Assembly (NCBI GenBank): GCA_029940695.1
Contig: JAPYUP010000003.1
Span: 14,100-78,099 of the forward strand
Direction: 5' to 3'
Length of the DNA stretch: 64,000 nt
From: Candidatus Thalassarchaeaceae archaeon
GTDB lineage: Archaea > Thermoplasmatota > Poseidoniia > Poseidoniales > Thalassarchaeaceae
In this document: positions 35,123 through 45,100 of the stretch, one piece after another
Layout: each line of letters starts with the position of its first letter
Numbering within the stretch: position 1 is the first letter of the stretch
Notes under the pieces: generated by a model
What the model was told of the DNA's origin: nothing
The model's database searches: none
Seen by the model: only the letters and a program-made list of their open reading frames with translations
Position numbers and translations under genes: made by a program

Positions 35123-36283
35123 GTGCCTGAAGCATTTGTCTGCGCCTATGCTCGAACGCCCTTTGGCAGGTTCCGCGGAGCACTATCTGAATACAGTGCC
35201 ACGGATCTGGGGACCAAGGCCGTCAGTGAACTCCTCGGCCGGGCGGGCATCAATCCATCCAACGGAGCGATATCCCAGATGTACATGGGCCAAGTGCTCC
35301 AAGCAGGAGCGGGACAGGCTCCCGCCAGGCAGGTTGCACTAGGTGCGGGACTGCCTTTCGACACTCCCTGCACAACGATCAACAAGGTCTGCGGATCCAG
35401 TCTGAAGGCAGCGATGATAGCGGCGACCGAGATACGTGCAGGCGTCTCTAGTCTAGTGGTGGCTGGAGGGATGGAGTCCATGAGTAACGCACCACGCTTC
35501 GTTCGAAGCGCTAATCGCAGCGAGGACGTGCCATATTCCGAACTCATTTCGATCCTTTCCAACGACGGACTCAAGGATGCCTACTCGGGAGAGATGATGG
35601 GCAACACAGGGGAGACAGTCGCGAATGAATTTTCCATCCAAAGGAATGTCGCTGATGCCTACGCCGTCCGCTCGCACCGCCTTGCCAGTGCGGCGTGGGA
35701 CCAAGGATGGTTTGCGAAGGAGGTCTTCACCATTGGCGACTTGAAGCGAGACGAGGGGATCAGACCGGAGGCCGATTCCGAGACGCTCGCTGGCCTAGCA
35801 CCCGTCTTCCACGAGGATGGTCAAGTAACTGCTGGAAACTCTAGTCAGGTCTCGGACGGCGCCTCGGCCGTTCTGATTGCCTCAATGGAGGCTGCAGAGA
35901 GGCACGACTTGCCTGTGCTGGCCAGAATTGCCGACTTCACAACCTCTGGGGTGGATCCCGGCAGGGTGATGAGCGCCCCCATTCCTGCCATCGAGACTCT
36001 CCTCAAGAGGAGCGGTCTGTCAATTGACGATATCGATATTTTAGAGCACAATGAGGCCTTTGCCTCCGCCTCGTGCGCCATCCAATCGCACTTCGGCGTT
36101 CGCGACGACCGCTTCAACGTACACGGGGGAGCGATCGCACTCGGTCATCCCCTTGGCGCGACCGGCACGCGCTGCCTGATGACCTTGGTTAATGCCCTCG
36201 AGCGAAATGGGGGTCGACATGGCATTGTGACCATCTGCCTCGGCGGGGGCAACGCGGTGGCAATGCTGGTCGAGAGGGCTTAG
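35123..36283 (+). CDS. Acetyl-CoA C-acetyltransferase (thiolase II).
   Basis: Active-site Cys in NKVCGSSL, C-terminal [14 protein letters not shown], and the ICLGGG / GNA.. motifs. Confidence 0.9.
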   Translation: MPEAFVCAYARTPFGRFRGALSEYSATDLGTKAVSELLGRAGINPSNGAISQMYMGQVLQAGAGQAPARQVALGAGLPFDTPCTTINKVCGSSLKAAMIAATEIRAGVSSLVVAGGMESMSNAPRFVRSANRSEDVPYSELISILSNDGLKDAYSGEMMGNTGETVANEFSIQRNVADAYAVRSHRLASAAWDQGWFAKEVFTIGDLKRDEGIRPEADSETLAGLAPVFHEDGQVTAGNSSQVSDGASAVLIASMEAAERHDLPVLARIADFTTSGVDPGRVMSAPIPAIETLLKRSGLSIDDIDILEHNEAFASASCAIQSHFGVRDDRFNVHGGAIALGHPLGATGTRCLMTLVNALERNGGRHGIVTICLGGGNAVAMLVERA

Positions 36284-36354
36284 TAGGGCACGGTCCCACT
36301 TGCTTCTTTGATGCGTCACAGCCCTTATGTGGGGGTCTCCGGTCGCCCGCCCCG

Positions 36355-36615
36355 ATGGTTGAGCCAGCACGCCCTCACACTCGCTTCGAGAAGGCTAGAA
36401 TCATTGGGGCTAGAGCCCTCCAGATTAGCATGGGGGCTCCTCTTTTCGTTTCCGAGGACGAGCTCCGAGAGAAGTTCAGTGAAGAATTGATTCAGTTGTA
36501 TGGCGTTGACGATGCCAAGGAAAAGGTCGTCCTTGACCCCATGAAGATCGCGAGCTTGGAGTACGAGCAGAATAGAATCCCCATAGACATCGACCCCCAC
36601 ATCAAGGAAGAGTGA
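36355..36615 (+). CDS. rpoK: DNA-directed RNA polymerase subunit K (Rpo6/omega-like).
   Basis: [21 protein letters not shown] signature, and a C-terminal [17 protein letters not shown]. Confidence 0.7.
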   Translation: MVEPARPHTRFEKARIIGARALQISMGAPLFVSEDELREKFSEELIQLYGVDDAKEKVVLDPMKIASLEYEQNRIPIDIDPHIKEE

Positions 36616-36638
36616 AGGGGACGGTCCCTTGACAGGGG

Positions 36639-37694
36639 GTGATGGGCTTGCTAGGCAGAGTGGATGCCAAGAGGGTCACAGCTGGGTTAGTGGGCGTAAC
36701 CCTGCTAGTAATAGTCCTCGGAGGCGTGGTTCGCATCTACGATGCGGGTGAGTCGTGCCCGGATTGGCCTACCTGCTTCGATACCTGGGGTTTCGAGGTG
36801 TCAGAGGCTGATCAGCAGGCCTGGTACGAAGCGAACCCAGATGAGATCGACTCGCGGGGATCCGGACAGCGATACACGAGTTTCCAAATCTTCACTGAGT
36901 GGTCGCACAGGCTCGTAGCAGGCCTCGTCCTCGGCCCGCTCGTGCTCGTGAACTGGTGGCTCCTAAGACAGGATGAGGTTTTCGGCTCGGAGGTCAAACT
37001 GGCTTCGGCCGTCTCGGTAGCACTGATTGTCTGGCAGGGAGCAGTGGGCTGGTTGACCGTGAGGATGGACAACGAGCACTGGAGTGTTGCCCTGCACCTC
37101 GGATCGGCCCTAGCATTCGCTCTGAGCCTCGTTTGGGTGTGGCTGGCTGCGTCCAAGGACCGTGGGGATAGCCCGAAATGGGTGACTTTCGACCCGGTCG
37201 TAGCCTCCCAGTGGAGGGGGTGGCTCGCTTGGTTTTCCTTGGGTGCCTTCGTAACGCTGTTCTCGGGTACCTTCGTCTCGACGACGCCCGGTGCGAACTT
37301 CGGTTGCGGTGTCAGTGGAATGACGAAATCCTGGCCACTCTGTAATGGGGTACTCGCTGCTTCAGTTGAGGATATTATCGCTCAGTCTCAGATGATTCAC
37401 AGGTGGCTGGTAGTCATCGTCGAAGTCGTTCTCCTGGTGGCGTCATTCATTATCTGGAAGCAAATAGGGAACGAGCAGGGTGGCAGCACGCTGGGGCGTT
37501 GGATCTGGGGTGCAACCGGCCTGTTCATCGCCAACGTACTGGTGGGGGGGCTGTACATCCTTTCTTGGGACATGAGGGACGGTTACCTTGAGTACCTATC
37601 TCTGATTCACCTTCTGCTGGCATCACTGACGTTCCTAGCACTCTCCTCAGCTTGGATCATCGCGACTATGGCCATTGACCGGAGGGGTTCCTGA
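36639..37694 (+). CDS. ctaA: Heme A synthase (CtaA/Cox15).
   Basis: CPDWPTC motif in a polytopic membrane protein, with a second Cys pair (CGVSGMTKSWPLC) and conserved His residues in the helices. Confidence 0.7.
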   Translation: MMGLLGRVDAKRVTAGLVGVTLLVIVLGGVVRIYDAGESCPDWPTCFDTWGFEVSEADQQAWYEANPDEIDSRGSGQRYTSFQIFTEWSHRLVAGLVLGPLVLVNWWLLRQDEVFGSEVKLASAVSVALIVWQGAVGWLTVRMDNEHWSVALHLGSALAFALSLVWVWLAASKDRGDSPKWVTFDPVVASQWRGWLAWFSLGAFVTLFSGTFVSTTPGANFGCGVSGMTKSWPLCNGVLAASVEDIIAQSQMIHRWLVVIVEVVLLVASFIIWKQIGNEQGGSTLGRWIWGATGLFIANVLVGGLYILSWDMRDGYLEYLSLIHLLLASLTFLALSSAWIIATMAIDRRGS

Positions 37695-38731
37695 TGAGTT
37701 CGCTGGGTCCGTTCTTCGACCTGACCAAGCCCCGAGTGGTGTTCCTGCTCCAAATCACCGCACTCTGTGCCGTTCTGATTCACGATGTGCTGGATTCTGG
37801 GTTGAACAGCCGCTCTGCCGAGACGATGCTGATAGTGTTCGTCGGAGGCTACCTGAGCGCGGGAGGGGCCAACGCGATCAACATGTGGTATGACCGAGAC
37901 ATCGATCCGAAGATGTCACGGACTGCCAACAGACCGATCCCCTCGGGGGCCGTCTCTGCAAACGCGGCACTAGGGTTCGGAATCGTCCTGTCGGTACTTG
38001 GAGTGGCGTGGTTCGTTCTTCTTGCGAACCAAGTGGCTGCCTTCTGGTCAGCCTTCAGCATCCTGTTCTACGTATTCGTCTACAGCATCTGGCTGAAGCG
38101 CAGTACGCCTCAGAACATAGTCATCGGTGGCATAGCTGGCGCGACGCCCCCTGTCATCGGCTGGGCCGCGACCATAGAGGGGCTGCGCGTCTCCAGCGAC
38201 TCTGCTGAGTCGATGCTCGTATCGGTGTTTGACCTAGGCAGCCTGATGCCTTGGTTCATGTTCATACTAATTTTCCTGTGGACCCCTCCGCATTTCTGGG
38301 CGTTGGCACTGTATCGATCCAAGGAGTACGGAGAAGCCGGAGTCCCGATGATGCCCAATGTGAAGGGAGCGAAGCGGACTCTCTGGGAGATGAAAGTGTA
38401 CGCCATGCTGCTGATAACACTGTCAGTCGCTGCGCCGATGAGTTACGGCGGCTTGGGAGAGGGCGACAGTACCTACCACGTCCTCGGTTGGACCGTGGTG
38501 GGATTGAGCATCTGGTATGCCTCCACCGTGTGGAGAATCGATCTAGGGGAGCAGCCGGACCCCACTGGAAGAATCCCGAGCGCGGCCCGCTCCTTCTTCG
38601 CCTCTATGCTATACCTCGCAATGATGTTTATCGTGCTCGTCGCCGCAAGCTTCGGCATTGAGGGGGCCGTTGTGGGAGCCCTACTAGCACTTGTGACCAT
38701 TACCCGGAACGAGTCCCGGGCGTCGTCCTAA
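37694..38731 (+). CDS. ctaB: Protoheme IX farnesyltransferase (heme O synthase; UbiA family).
   Basis: NMWYDRDIDPKMSRTANRPIPSG and a second Asp-rich UbiA motif; its start overlaps the ctaA stop by 1 nt. Confidence 0.85.
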   Translation: MSSLGPFFDLTKPRVVFLLQITALCAVLIHDVLDSGLNSRSAETMLIVFVGGYLSAGGANAINMWYDRDIDPKMSRTANRPIPSGAVSANAALGFGIVLSVLGVAWFVLLANQVAAFWSAFSILFYVFVYSIWLKRSTPQNIVIGGIAGATPPVIGWAATIEGLRVSSDSAESMLVSVFDLGSLMPWFMFILIFLWTPPHFWALALYRSKEYGEAGVPMMPNVKGAKRTLWEMKVYAMLLITLSVAAPMSYGGLGEGDSTYHVLGWTVVGLSIWYASTVWRIDLGEQPDPTGRIPSAARSFFASMLYLAMMFIVLVAASFGIEGAVVGALLALVTITRNESRASS

Positions 38732-38793
38732 CGCCCCGATGGTTTCAAACACCGGGCGAACCATGGCACTACGTCGTAAAGCGAGGTGAGGCA

Positions 38794-40056
38794 ATGGATG
38801 AGCAGGACCTGATTTACGATTGGAACGAGATAGACTACGAAATCAGGCGTGATGCTTCCAACCACCCGCACGAGCTGTGGTTTGACGATGAGACACTGCG
38901 CGATGGTCTGCAAAGCCCCAGTGCGTGTAACCCGACCATAGAGCAGAAGATTGAGCTCATCGACCACATGGAGCAACTGGGCATACAGAAGATCGACCTC
39001 GGGCTACCCGGGGCTGGGCCGTTCCACATAGGCCACATCGATGCCATGCTGGGGCACATGGGTGAAAACCAATACGCGCTCAGGCCCGGCTGCGCCGTGC
39101 GAACCGTCGTGTCTGACATCGAGCCGCTGGTCGATCTCCAAGCCAAGCACGAGCGGCAGATACAGGCCAGCGCATTCCTTGGAACTAGCCCGATTCGGCA
39201 GTTCGCAGAGGGCTGGACTATGGAACGCATCCTCTCGACGGCGGAGGCTGCCGTTTCGTTCGCCGTCGACAACGACATTCCGGTGATGTTTGTTACCGAG
39301 GACACGACGAGAAGCAAGCCGGAGGAAATCAAGGCGGTATACTCACGGGCGATTGAGCTCGGAGCAGACAGGATTTGCGTGTGCGACACCTGCGGCCACG
39401 TTACACCGAACGGGGTTCGCAAACTGCTGCGTTTCATCCAGGACGAGGTGATTCCCGACACCGGCGTCAAGCGCAGGGAGATTGAGGTCAACTGGCATGG
39501 ACATCAGGATCGTGGCCTCGGCGTTGCCAACAACCTCGCTGCTTACGAGGCGGGGGCCGATGTGATTCATGGAACTGCCCTGGGAGTCGGAGAGCGGGCT
39601 GGTAACGCACCGCTCGACCAGACTCTCGTCAACCTAAGCCTCATGGGAGTCATCAGCAACGACCTGACCTCCCTTAACAAGTACATGCGAAAGGCGCACG
39701 AATATGTCGGGGTCGCGCTGCCGCACAACTACCCGGTGTTCGGCGAGGACGCCTTCGAGACCGGAACTGGGGTGCATGCATCCGCCGTCATCAAGGCGAT
39801 GAAGAAGGGTGACAGTTGGTTGGCGGACCGAGTTTACTCCGGCGTTCCTGCTGGGGACTTTGGCCTGCAGCAGGTCATCAGAATAGGGCACATGAGCGGC
39901 CGCTCGAATGTACTGCACTGGCTCGAGAGGAATGGTTACGATGCTGATGACGGCCTAGTTGCGCACATGTTCGGGATTGCTAAAAGCCAAAGGAGGATGA
40001 TGACGGATGACGAGGTCCATTCCGCTATCGCCGAGTACAGGGGCTCCCACTCCTGA
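38794..40056 (+). CDS. LeuA/homocitrate synthase/citramalate synthase family (HMGL-like DRE-TIM aldolase); no C-terminal regulatory domain.
   Basis: DETLRDGLQSP and WHGHQDRGLGVANNLAAYEAGADVIHGT motifs; length 420 aa. Confidence 0.7.
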   Translation: MDEQDLIYDWNEIDYEIRRDASNHPHELWFDDETLRDGLQSPSACNPTIEQKIELIDHMEQLGIQKIDLGLPGAGPFHIGHIDAMLGHMGENQYALRPGCAVRTVVSDIEPLVDLQAKHERQIQASAFLGTSPIRQFAEGWTMERILSTAEAAVSFAVDNDIPVMFVTEDTTRSKPEEIKAVYSRAIELGADRICVCDTCGHVTPNGVRKLLRFIQDEVIPDTGVKRREIEVNWHGHQDRGLGVANNLAAYEAGADVIHGTALGVGERAGNAPLDQTLVNLSLMGVISNDLTSLNKYMRKAHEYVGVALPHNYPVFGEDAFETGTGVHASAVIKAMKKGDSWLADRVYSGVPAGDFGLQQVIRIGHMSGRSNVLHWLERNGYDADDGLVAHMFGIAKSQRRMMTDDEVHSAIAEYRGSHS

Positions 40057-40095
40057 GCGCACACAGTTATACGACGCCAAAGGTTTCGAAAGACC

Positions 40096-41055
40096 ATGAG
40101 GAGAATTAGCTTAGTAACCGTTTCTGCGCTCATCCTGCTTACCTTGGTGGCAGCGCCAGCGCAAGCCCAAGACGAAAGCGAGGAGGGTAACGTCATCATC
40201 GACGTGGTACTTCCCTTGTCACTCGCATTCATCATGTTCTCGTTAGGCGTAGGCCTGACGACCGAGGACTTCACCCTGGTGATTCGCGAGCCCAAGGCCT
40301 TCGGAATCGGGGTGGCGAACCAGATGATTGTCCTTCCCATCATGGGTTTCGCCATCACTACTGCAGCGGGCCTTGAAGGGGAACTCGCTGTTGGGATGAT
40401 GATACTAGCGTGCTGTCCTGGTGGGGTTACATCGAACATCCTCACCAAGCTCACCAAGGGGGATACAGCGCTCTCGATATCTTACACCGCTGTGGTCTCA
40501 GTGGCTACAGTGGTGACCCTCCCGCTGATTGTCGGTGTGTCGATGGACCACTTCATGGGAGAGGCCGCACCTGAGATTGACATTCTGGGTCTTGGAATCA
40601 CGATGTTCCTATTGACCACGGTCCCTGTGCTGATTGGCATGGCCGTCCGTCACTTCAGTCCCTCTAGAGCGGACAGTATGGAGAAAGGGGTGAATCTTGC
40701 TGCGGCAATCCTGTTCGTGATTATCGTGCTCGCAGCAATCGCGAGTGAGTGGGATACACTGATGGACAACATCGGAACGCTTGGGCCAGCGGTGATTGTG
40801 CTCAACGTCATTATGCTGACAATTGGCTACAAGAGCGCCGTACTGTTCAATCTAGAGGCGTTGCGTGCGACCACCGTTTCGATAGAGAGCGGAATACAGA
40901 ACGCAACCATTGGGATTACAGTTGGAGGATTGATTCTTGCTGCTCCTGATGGGGGGCTCTCGACCCTAAGTCTGCCGTCCGGAGTATATGGTGTACTGAT
41001 GTACCTAATCATAGCCCCGTTCATGTACTGGCGGATTAATTCGGTCGAAACTTAG
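40096..41055 (+). CDS. Bile acid:sodium symporter (BASS/SBF) family transporter.
   Basis: LACCPGGVTSN signature; about 9-10 TM helices. Confidence 0.65.
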   Translation: MRRISLVTVSALILLTLVAAPAQAQDESEEGNVIIDVVLPLSLAFIMFSLGVGLTTEDFTLVIREPKAFGIGVANQMIVLPIMGFAITTAAGLEGELAVGMMILACCPGGVTSNILTKLTKGDTALSISYTAVVSVATVVTLPLIVGVSMDHFMGEAAPEIDILGLGITMFLLTTVPVLIGMAVRHFSPSRADSMEKGVNLAAAILFVIIVLAAIASEWDTLMDNIGTLGPAVIVLNVIMLTIGYKSAVLFNLEALRATTVSIESGIQNATIGITVGGLILAAPDGGLSTLSLPSGVYGVLMYLIIAPFMYWRINSVET

Positions 41056-41127
41056 GGTTGGATATGCGAATAACACGGCTAACAGTTGGGACGAACGGCT
41101 AAAGCCTGAGGGTGGTCGAGTTCACTC

Positions 41128-44100
41128 ATGCGTTTCGCTCTAGTTGTGCTGACGCTACTGCTTCTAGCTCCGGTGGGTACCTCCTTCGCCGAAGTCGTGG
41201 AAGATGACATAGAGCCGTTCGAAAACGATTCGATAATGCCGACTTACTCCCGTGCAGTGCAACTGGCTTTCGCCCGCGTCTCGAACATAGAAAGTTACGA
41301 CAGTGCCGAGCTGTCCGGAGCGTATTCGTGGCTCGTTGTGACGGGGATTCCCATGGAGGAACACTTCGCGACCATAGGCTCTCCTGACGAAACCGAGGAG
41401 GCCCCCATTCTCAGGGGCGCCTACATCTGGACTTACAGGAATCCTCGGGATGCCCTGGAGAGCCTTGGAGACTCGCTTGATGCCGATGAGATAGAGTCAT
41501 TCTCCCCCATGTTAGAGAAGTTCCATTCTCCCAGATTCACACCGAACGATCCGGAGTTCGACGAACAATGGCACCTGAACAACTCCGGGCAGACTAGCGG
41601 CGGTGTTGTTGGAGAAGACGCCAATGTGACGGGCGTCTGGGAGAAGTACAACGGCTATGGGGTCGTCATCAGCGTGGTGGACGACGGGCTGCAATGGAAC
41701 CACTCCGACATCCAACCACATTACTCTTCAGCCCACTCCTATGACTGGTGCGACGATGACGGTGATCCCTCGCCTTCTGGGTTTAATGGCCACGGCACCT
41801 CTGTCGCGGGAGTCGCTGGCGCTGTAGGCAACAATTCAATCTACGTTTCTGGGGCGGCCTTCGGGGCTACCATAGCCGGATCTACGCTGATTGCCTGCGG
41901 CCTCGACGACAGTCTGGAGTCCGACGCACTGGGCTACCACAACGATGACATAGACATCTACACCAACTCATGGGGCCCTTATGACGATGGGGTGAGGCTC
42001 GAGGGTCCCGGCCCGCTTACTGTGGCGACCATAGAGAACTCTGCCTACAACGGTAGGTCCGGACTCGGCAACATATACACATGGGCAGCCGGGAATGGAC
42101 TAACCGCAAATGATAATTCCAACTATGACGGATATGCAAACAACAGGTATACAATCGCTGTAACAGCGATAACCCACATGGGCCAGCAGTCATGGTATGC
42201 CGAACCAGGGGCTAACATCCTTGTTGCATCGCACTCGGATGGCGATGGAGAGGGAATCACCACCACCGAGATGGGAGGGGGGACGACCGACAGTTTCGGA
42301 GGCACCTCTAGCGCCACCCCTCTAGTAGCTGGGATCATCGCCCTAATGCTAGAGGCGAACGAGAATCTCACCTGGAGGGACGTGCAACACATCCTTGTCA
42401 GGAGCGCTCGAGAGATGGATATCGGTGACGTCTCTTGGGAAATGAACGGAGCGGGGCACATGGTCTCCCATAAGTACGGATTTGGAGCGGTGGATGCAGG
42501 TGCTGCGGTCTCATTGGCTGAGAACTGGACCAGCAGTGGCCAAGAGTCGAATGCCAGCTTCGGCCCCTACACACCTAGTACCGATATTCCGGCTGGATCG
42601 ACCGATTGGACTGAGTTCAGCGTCGATGTCCCAGTGGACTTGCAACTGGAATCGATCGACGTCTTAGTGGATATCAGCCATCCCAGTCGCGGTGACCTCG
42701 ACATCGTCCTTCGGTCACCGTCGGGCAAAGAGTCGTGGCTTGCCGAGGAACACTCTGACTCTTCGAACGATTACTCGAACTGGATGTTCGGCACAGTGCA
42801 CCACTGGGATGAGTCTTCGACTGGTAACTGGACTCTCAAAATCAGGGACTCGGTGGCCTCTAACAGCGGTACCCTGAACGCCTGGGAGTTGATTTTTCAC
42901 GGTGTTGGGAATGTCTCCGACTTCGACGGTGACGGATGGCCAGACTACAATGACGAGGACGACGACGACGACGGCTGGTCTGACCTCGACGAGGGATTGT
43001 GTGGCACAGACCCGTTTGACTCGGGCTCCCTCCCGTCGGACAACGACCTGGATGGCATTTGCGACGAGGTGGACCCTGACGACGATGATGATGGGGCCGA
43101 AGATGTGGAAGAGATCGCTTGCGATACGGATCCCATGAATGCGAGTTCCTCACCAAATGACGCTGATTCGGACGGGACGTGCGACTTCGTAGACGAGGAC
43201 GATGACAACGATGGGTTGTCAGACTACAATGAGACCGAGGTCTATGGCACGGACCCGTTCGACAACGACACCGATGACGACGGGCTGAGCGACTATGACG
43301 AGATCATCACCTATGGGACCAAAGCCGATCAATCGGACACAGACCAAGATGGACTGAGTGACTACGACGAGGTAATCACTTACGGAACTGACCCGCTGAG
43401 CTCCGATTCGGATGGGGATGGGCTGATTGACCCCGATGAGTTGCAAATATGGTTCTCAGACCCGCTCACCTACGACCCCGATAACGACTCGGACTCATAC
43501 TACCACTTCCAGGATTGCGATGACGACGACCCTGACGTTTTCCCAGGGGGACTCGAGCTTCTCAATGGCATCGATGATGACTGCGACGATCTTGTCGACG
43601 AGGGCTTCAACGACACAGATGCGGATGGGGACGGTCTATTCGACTGGTCCGAGTACCACGTCCACGGGACCAACATCACCAATGCCGACACCGACGGCGA
43701 CGGTCTGAACGACTCGTTTGAGATAGAAACGCTAGGCACCGACCCGCTTTTGACAGACGCTGATGCTGACCAAGACGGCTACTACTGGTTCGAGGACTGC
43801 GACGATGAGAACTCAAACCGCACGCCCAATCTTGCTGAGTCCTTGGATGGCGTCGATAACGACTGTGACGATTATGTCGACGAGGATTTCTGGTCGGTTG
43901 ACACCGACCTCGATGGGCTCACCGACTACGAGGAGTTCCACAACTACTCCACAGACCCCTATGACGGGGACTCGGACGACGACGGCCTTCCAGACGGGAT
44001 CGAGGTGAACGACTTCGACTCGGACCCGCTTTCTACAGACTCAGATGCTGACCTAGACGGCGTCTACTGGTTCGAGGACTGTGACGACGACGACTCTAGC

Positions 44101-45096
44101 GTGCAGCCAGCTTCGCATGAGACGGCTCTTGATGGTAAGGACAACGACTGCGATGGGGAGATTGACGAGGACTTCAGGGACCTCGACTCGGACGGCGACC
44201 TGATCTCCGACTATGACGAGTATCACAATCACTCCACTAACCCCGGATTAATGGACACGGACCAAGATGGGCTCGACGACGGGACCGAGTTGCTCGTGAA
44301 GATGTCGGACCCACTTTCGTTTGACTATGACAAGGACCAGGACGGCTTCTACTGGTTCGAGGATTGCGACGATCAGAGGGGGAGCACCTATCCTGGAGCG
44401 AATGAGCTTTGGAACGGCATGGATGATGATTGCGACGAACTCGTCGACGAGGGCCTTGACAGGTTGTCAATTCTGAGAACTGACCCTCCCTATACCGAAG
44501 AAGCGGTTTGGGACTCTGCGAACGAGTCGCTTGAAATCACAATCTCTGGAATCTCTGGGGATGTGGACAAGACGATTACATGGATGTACGATGAGTTGAA
44601 CGTGGGGGAGCATGGAATCTCCCGTGCGGGGTACTCCCTTGCTTCTTACGTCAGTTCGGACGGAATGCGACTGTTCCTACCTCCGATTGATTGCAATCAG
44701 CCTATCACTGACCTGGAGGTGCAACTCTGCTCCGAAGGAAACGCAGTACAGACTATCACGGCTAGGATAGCCGACTCCGGAGAGGACACGGAGATAGTGT
44801 GGGAGATCACCGTAAAGGTGTGGTTCAAGCCAACGTCATCCTCTGGTAGCTTGGTTGCCTCTCTGTACCAAACTGCGGGAATACTGGGGTTGGTTATCTT
44901 CGTAGTCGGAATCACAGCAGCAGGCGTAATCGCCGGAATGAGAGTTGCTCACAATCGAAAGCTGCAGGATGCCCTCGAGGCCTATGGCGTCTCTCCTGAG
45001 CGACTTGCCGTAAGACCTGAGAGCAGGGGTCTGAACCTCCCATCTGCCCCCGACATACCAGGAATCTCGAGCGATGATGGAATTGACGAGCGCTAG
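41128..45096 (+). CDS. Membrane-anchored kexin/furin-like proprotein convertase: signal peptide, S8 peptidase, P (homo-B) domain, and a long array of TSP3-like/Cys-containing Ca-binding modules ending in a C-terminal TM.
   Basis: Signal peptide MRFALVVLTLLLLAPVGTSFA. Catalytic boxes VVISVVDDGL (Asp), HGTSVAGVAG (His) and GTSSATPLVAGIIAL (Ser). P-domain-like region DVLVDISHPSRGDLDIVLRSPSG..W. Repeats of DxDxDGLxDxxE and four copies of YWFEDCDD..LDG.DNDCD..VDE. TM helix ILGLVIFVVGITAAGVIAG followed by a tail. Confidence 0.8.
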   Translation: MRFALVVLTLLLLAPVGTSFAEVVEDDIEPFENDSIMPTYSRAVQLAFARVSNIESYDSAELSGAYSWLVVTGIPMEEHFATIGSPDETEEAPILRGAYIWTYRNPRDALESLGDSLDADEIESFSPMLEKFHSPRFTPNDPEFDEQWHLNNSGQTSGGVVGEDANVTGVWEKYNGYGVVISVVDDGLQWNHSDIQPHYSSAHSYDWCDDDGDPSPSGFNGHGTSVAGVAGAVGNNSIYVSGAAFGATIAGSTLIACGLDDSLESDALGYHNDDIDIYTNSWGPYDDGVRLEGPGPLTVATIENSAYNGRSGLGNIYTWAAGNGLTANDNSNYDGYANNRYTIAVTAITHMGQQSWYAEPGANILVASHSDGDGEGITTTEMGGGTTDSFGGTSSATPLVAGIIALMLEANENLTWRDVQHILVRSAREMDIGDVSWEMNGAGHMVSHKYGFGAVDAGAAVSLAENWTSSGQESNASFGPYTPSTDIPAGSTDWTEFSVDVPVDLQLESIDVLVDISHPSRGDLDIVLRSPSGKESWLAEEHSDSSNDYSNWMFGTVHHWDESSTGNWTLKIRDSVASNSGTLNAWELIFHGVGNVSDFDGDGWPDYNDEDDDDDGWSDLDEGLCGTDPFDSGSLPSDNDLDGICDEVDPDDDDDGAEDVEEIACDTDPMNASSSPNDADSDGTCDFVDEDDDNDGLSDYNETEVYGTDPFDNDTDDDGLSDYDEIITYGTKADQSDTDQDGLSDYDEVITYGTDPLSSDSDGDGLIDPDELQIWFSDPLTYDPDNDSDSYYHFQDCDDDDPDVFPGGLELLNGIDDDCDDLVDEGFNDTDADGDGLFDWSEYHVHGTNITNADTDGDGLNDSFEIETLGTDPLLTDADADQDGYYWFEDCDDENSNRTPNLAESLDGVDNDCDDYVDEDFWSVDTDLDGLTDYEEFHNYSTDPYDGDSDDDGLPDGIEVNDFDSDPLSTDSDADLDGVYWFEDCDDDDSSVQPASHETALDGKDNDCDGEIDEDFRDLDSDGDLISDYDEYHNHSTNPGLMDTDQDGLDDGTELLVKMSDPLSFDYDKDQDGFYWFEDCDDQRGSTYPGANELWNGMDDDCDELVDEGLDRLSILRTDPPYTEEAVWDSANESLEITISGISGDVDKTITWMYDELNVGEHGISRAGYSLASYVSSDGMRLFLPPIDCNQPITDLEVQLCSEGNAVQTITARIADSGEDTEIVWEITVKVWFKPTSSSGSLVASLYQTAGILGLVIFVVGITAAGVIAGMRVAHNRKLQDALEAYGVSPERLAVRPESRGLNLPSAPDIPGISSDDGIDER

Positions 45097-45100
45097 CTCA

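Noticed and set aside
38835-39491. 218-aa minus-strand ORF antisense to the LeuA-family gene; similarly 55436-56212 (258 aa) antisense to the dihydroorotase gene
   Set aside because: Shadow ORFs with Ser/Pro/Arg-rich composition opposite clearly conserved enzymes.
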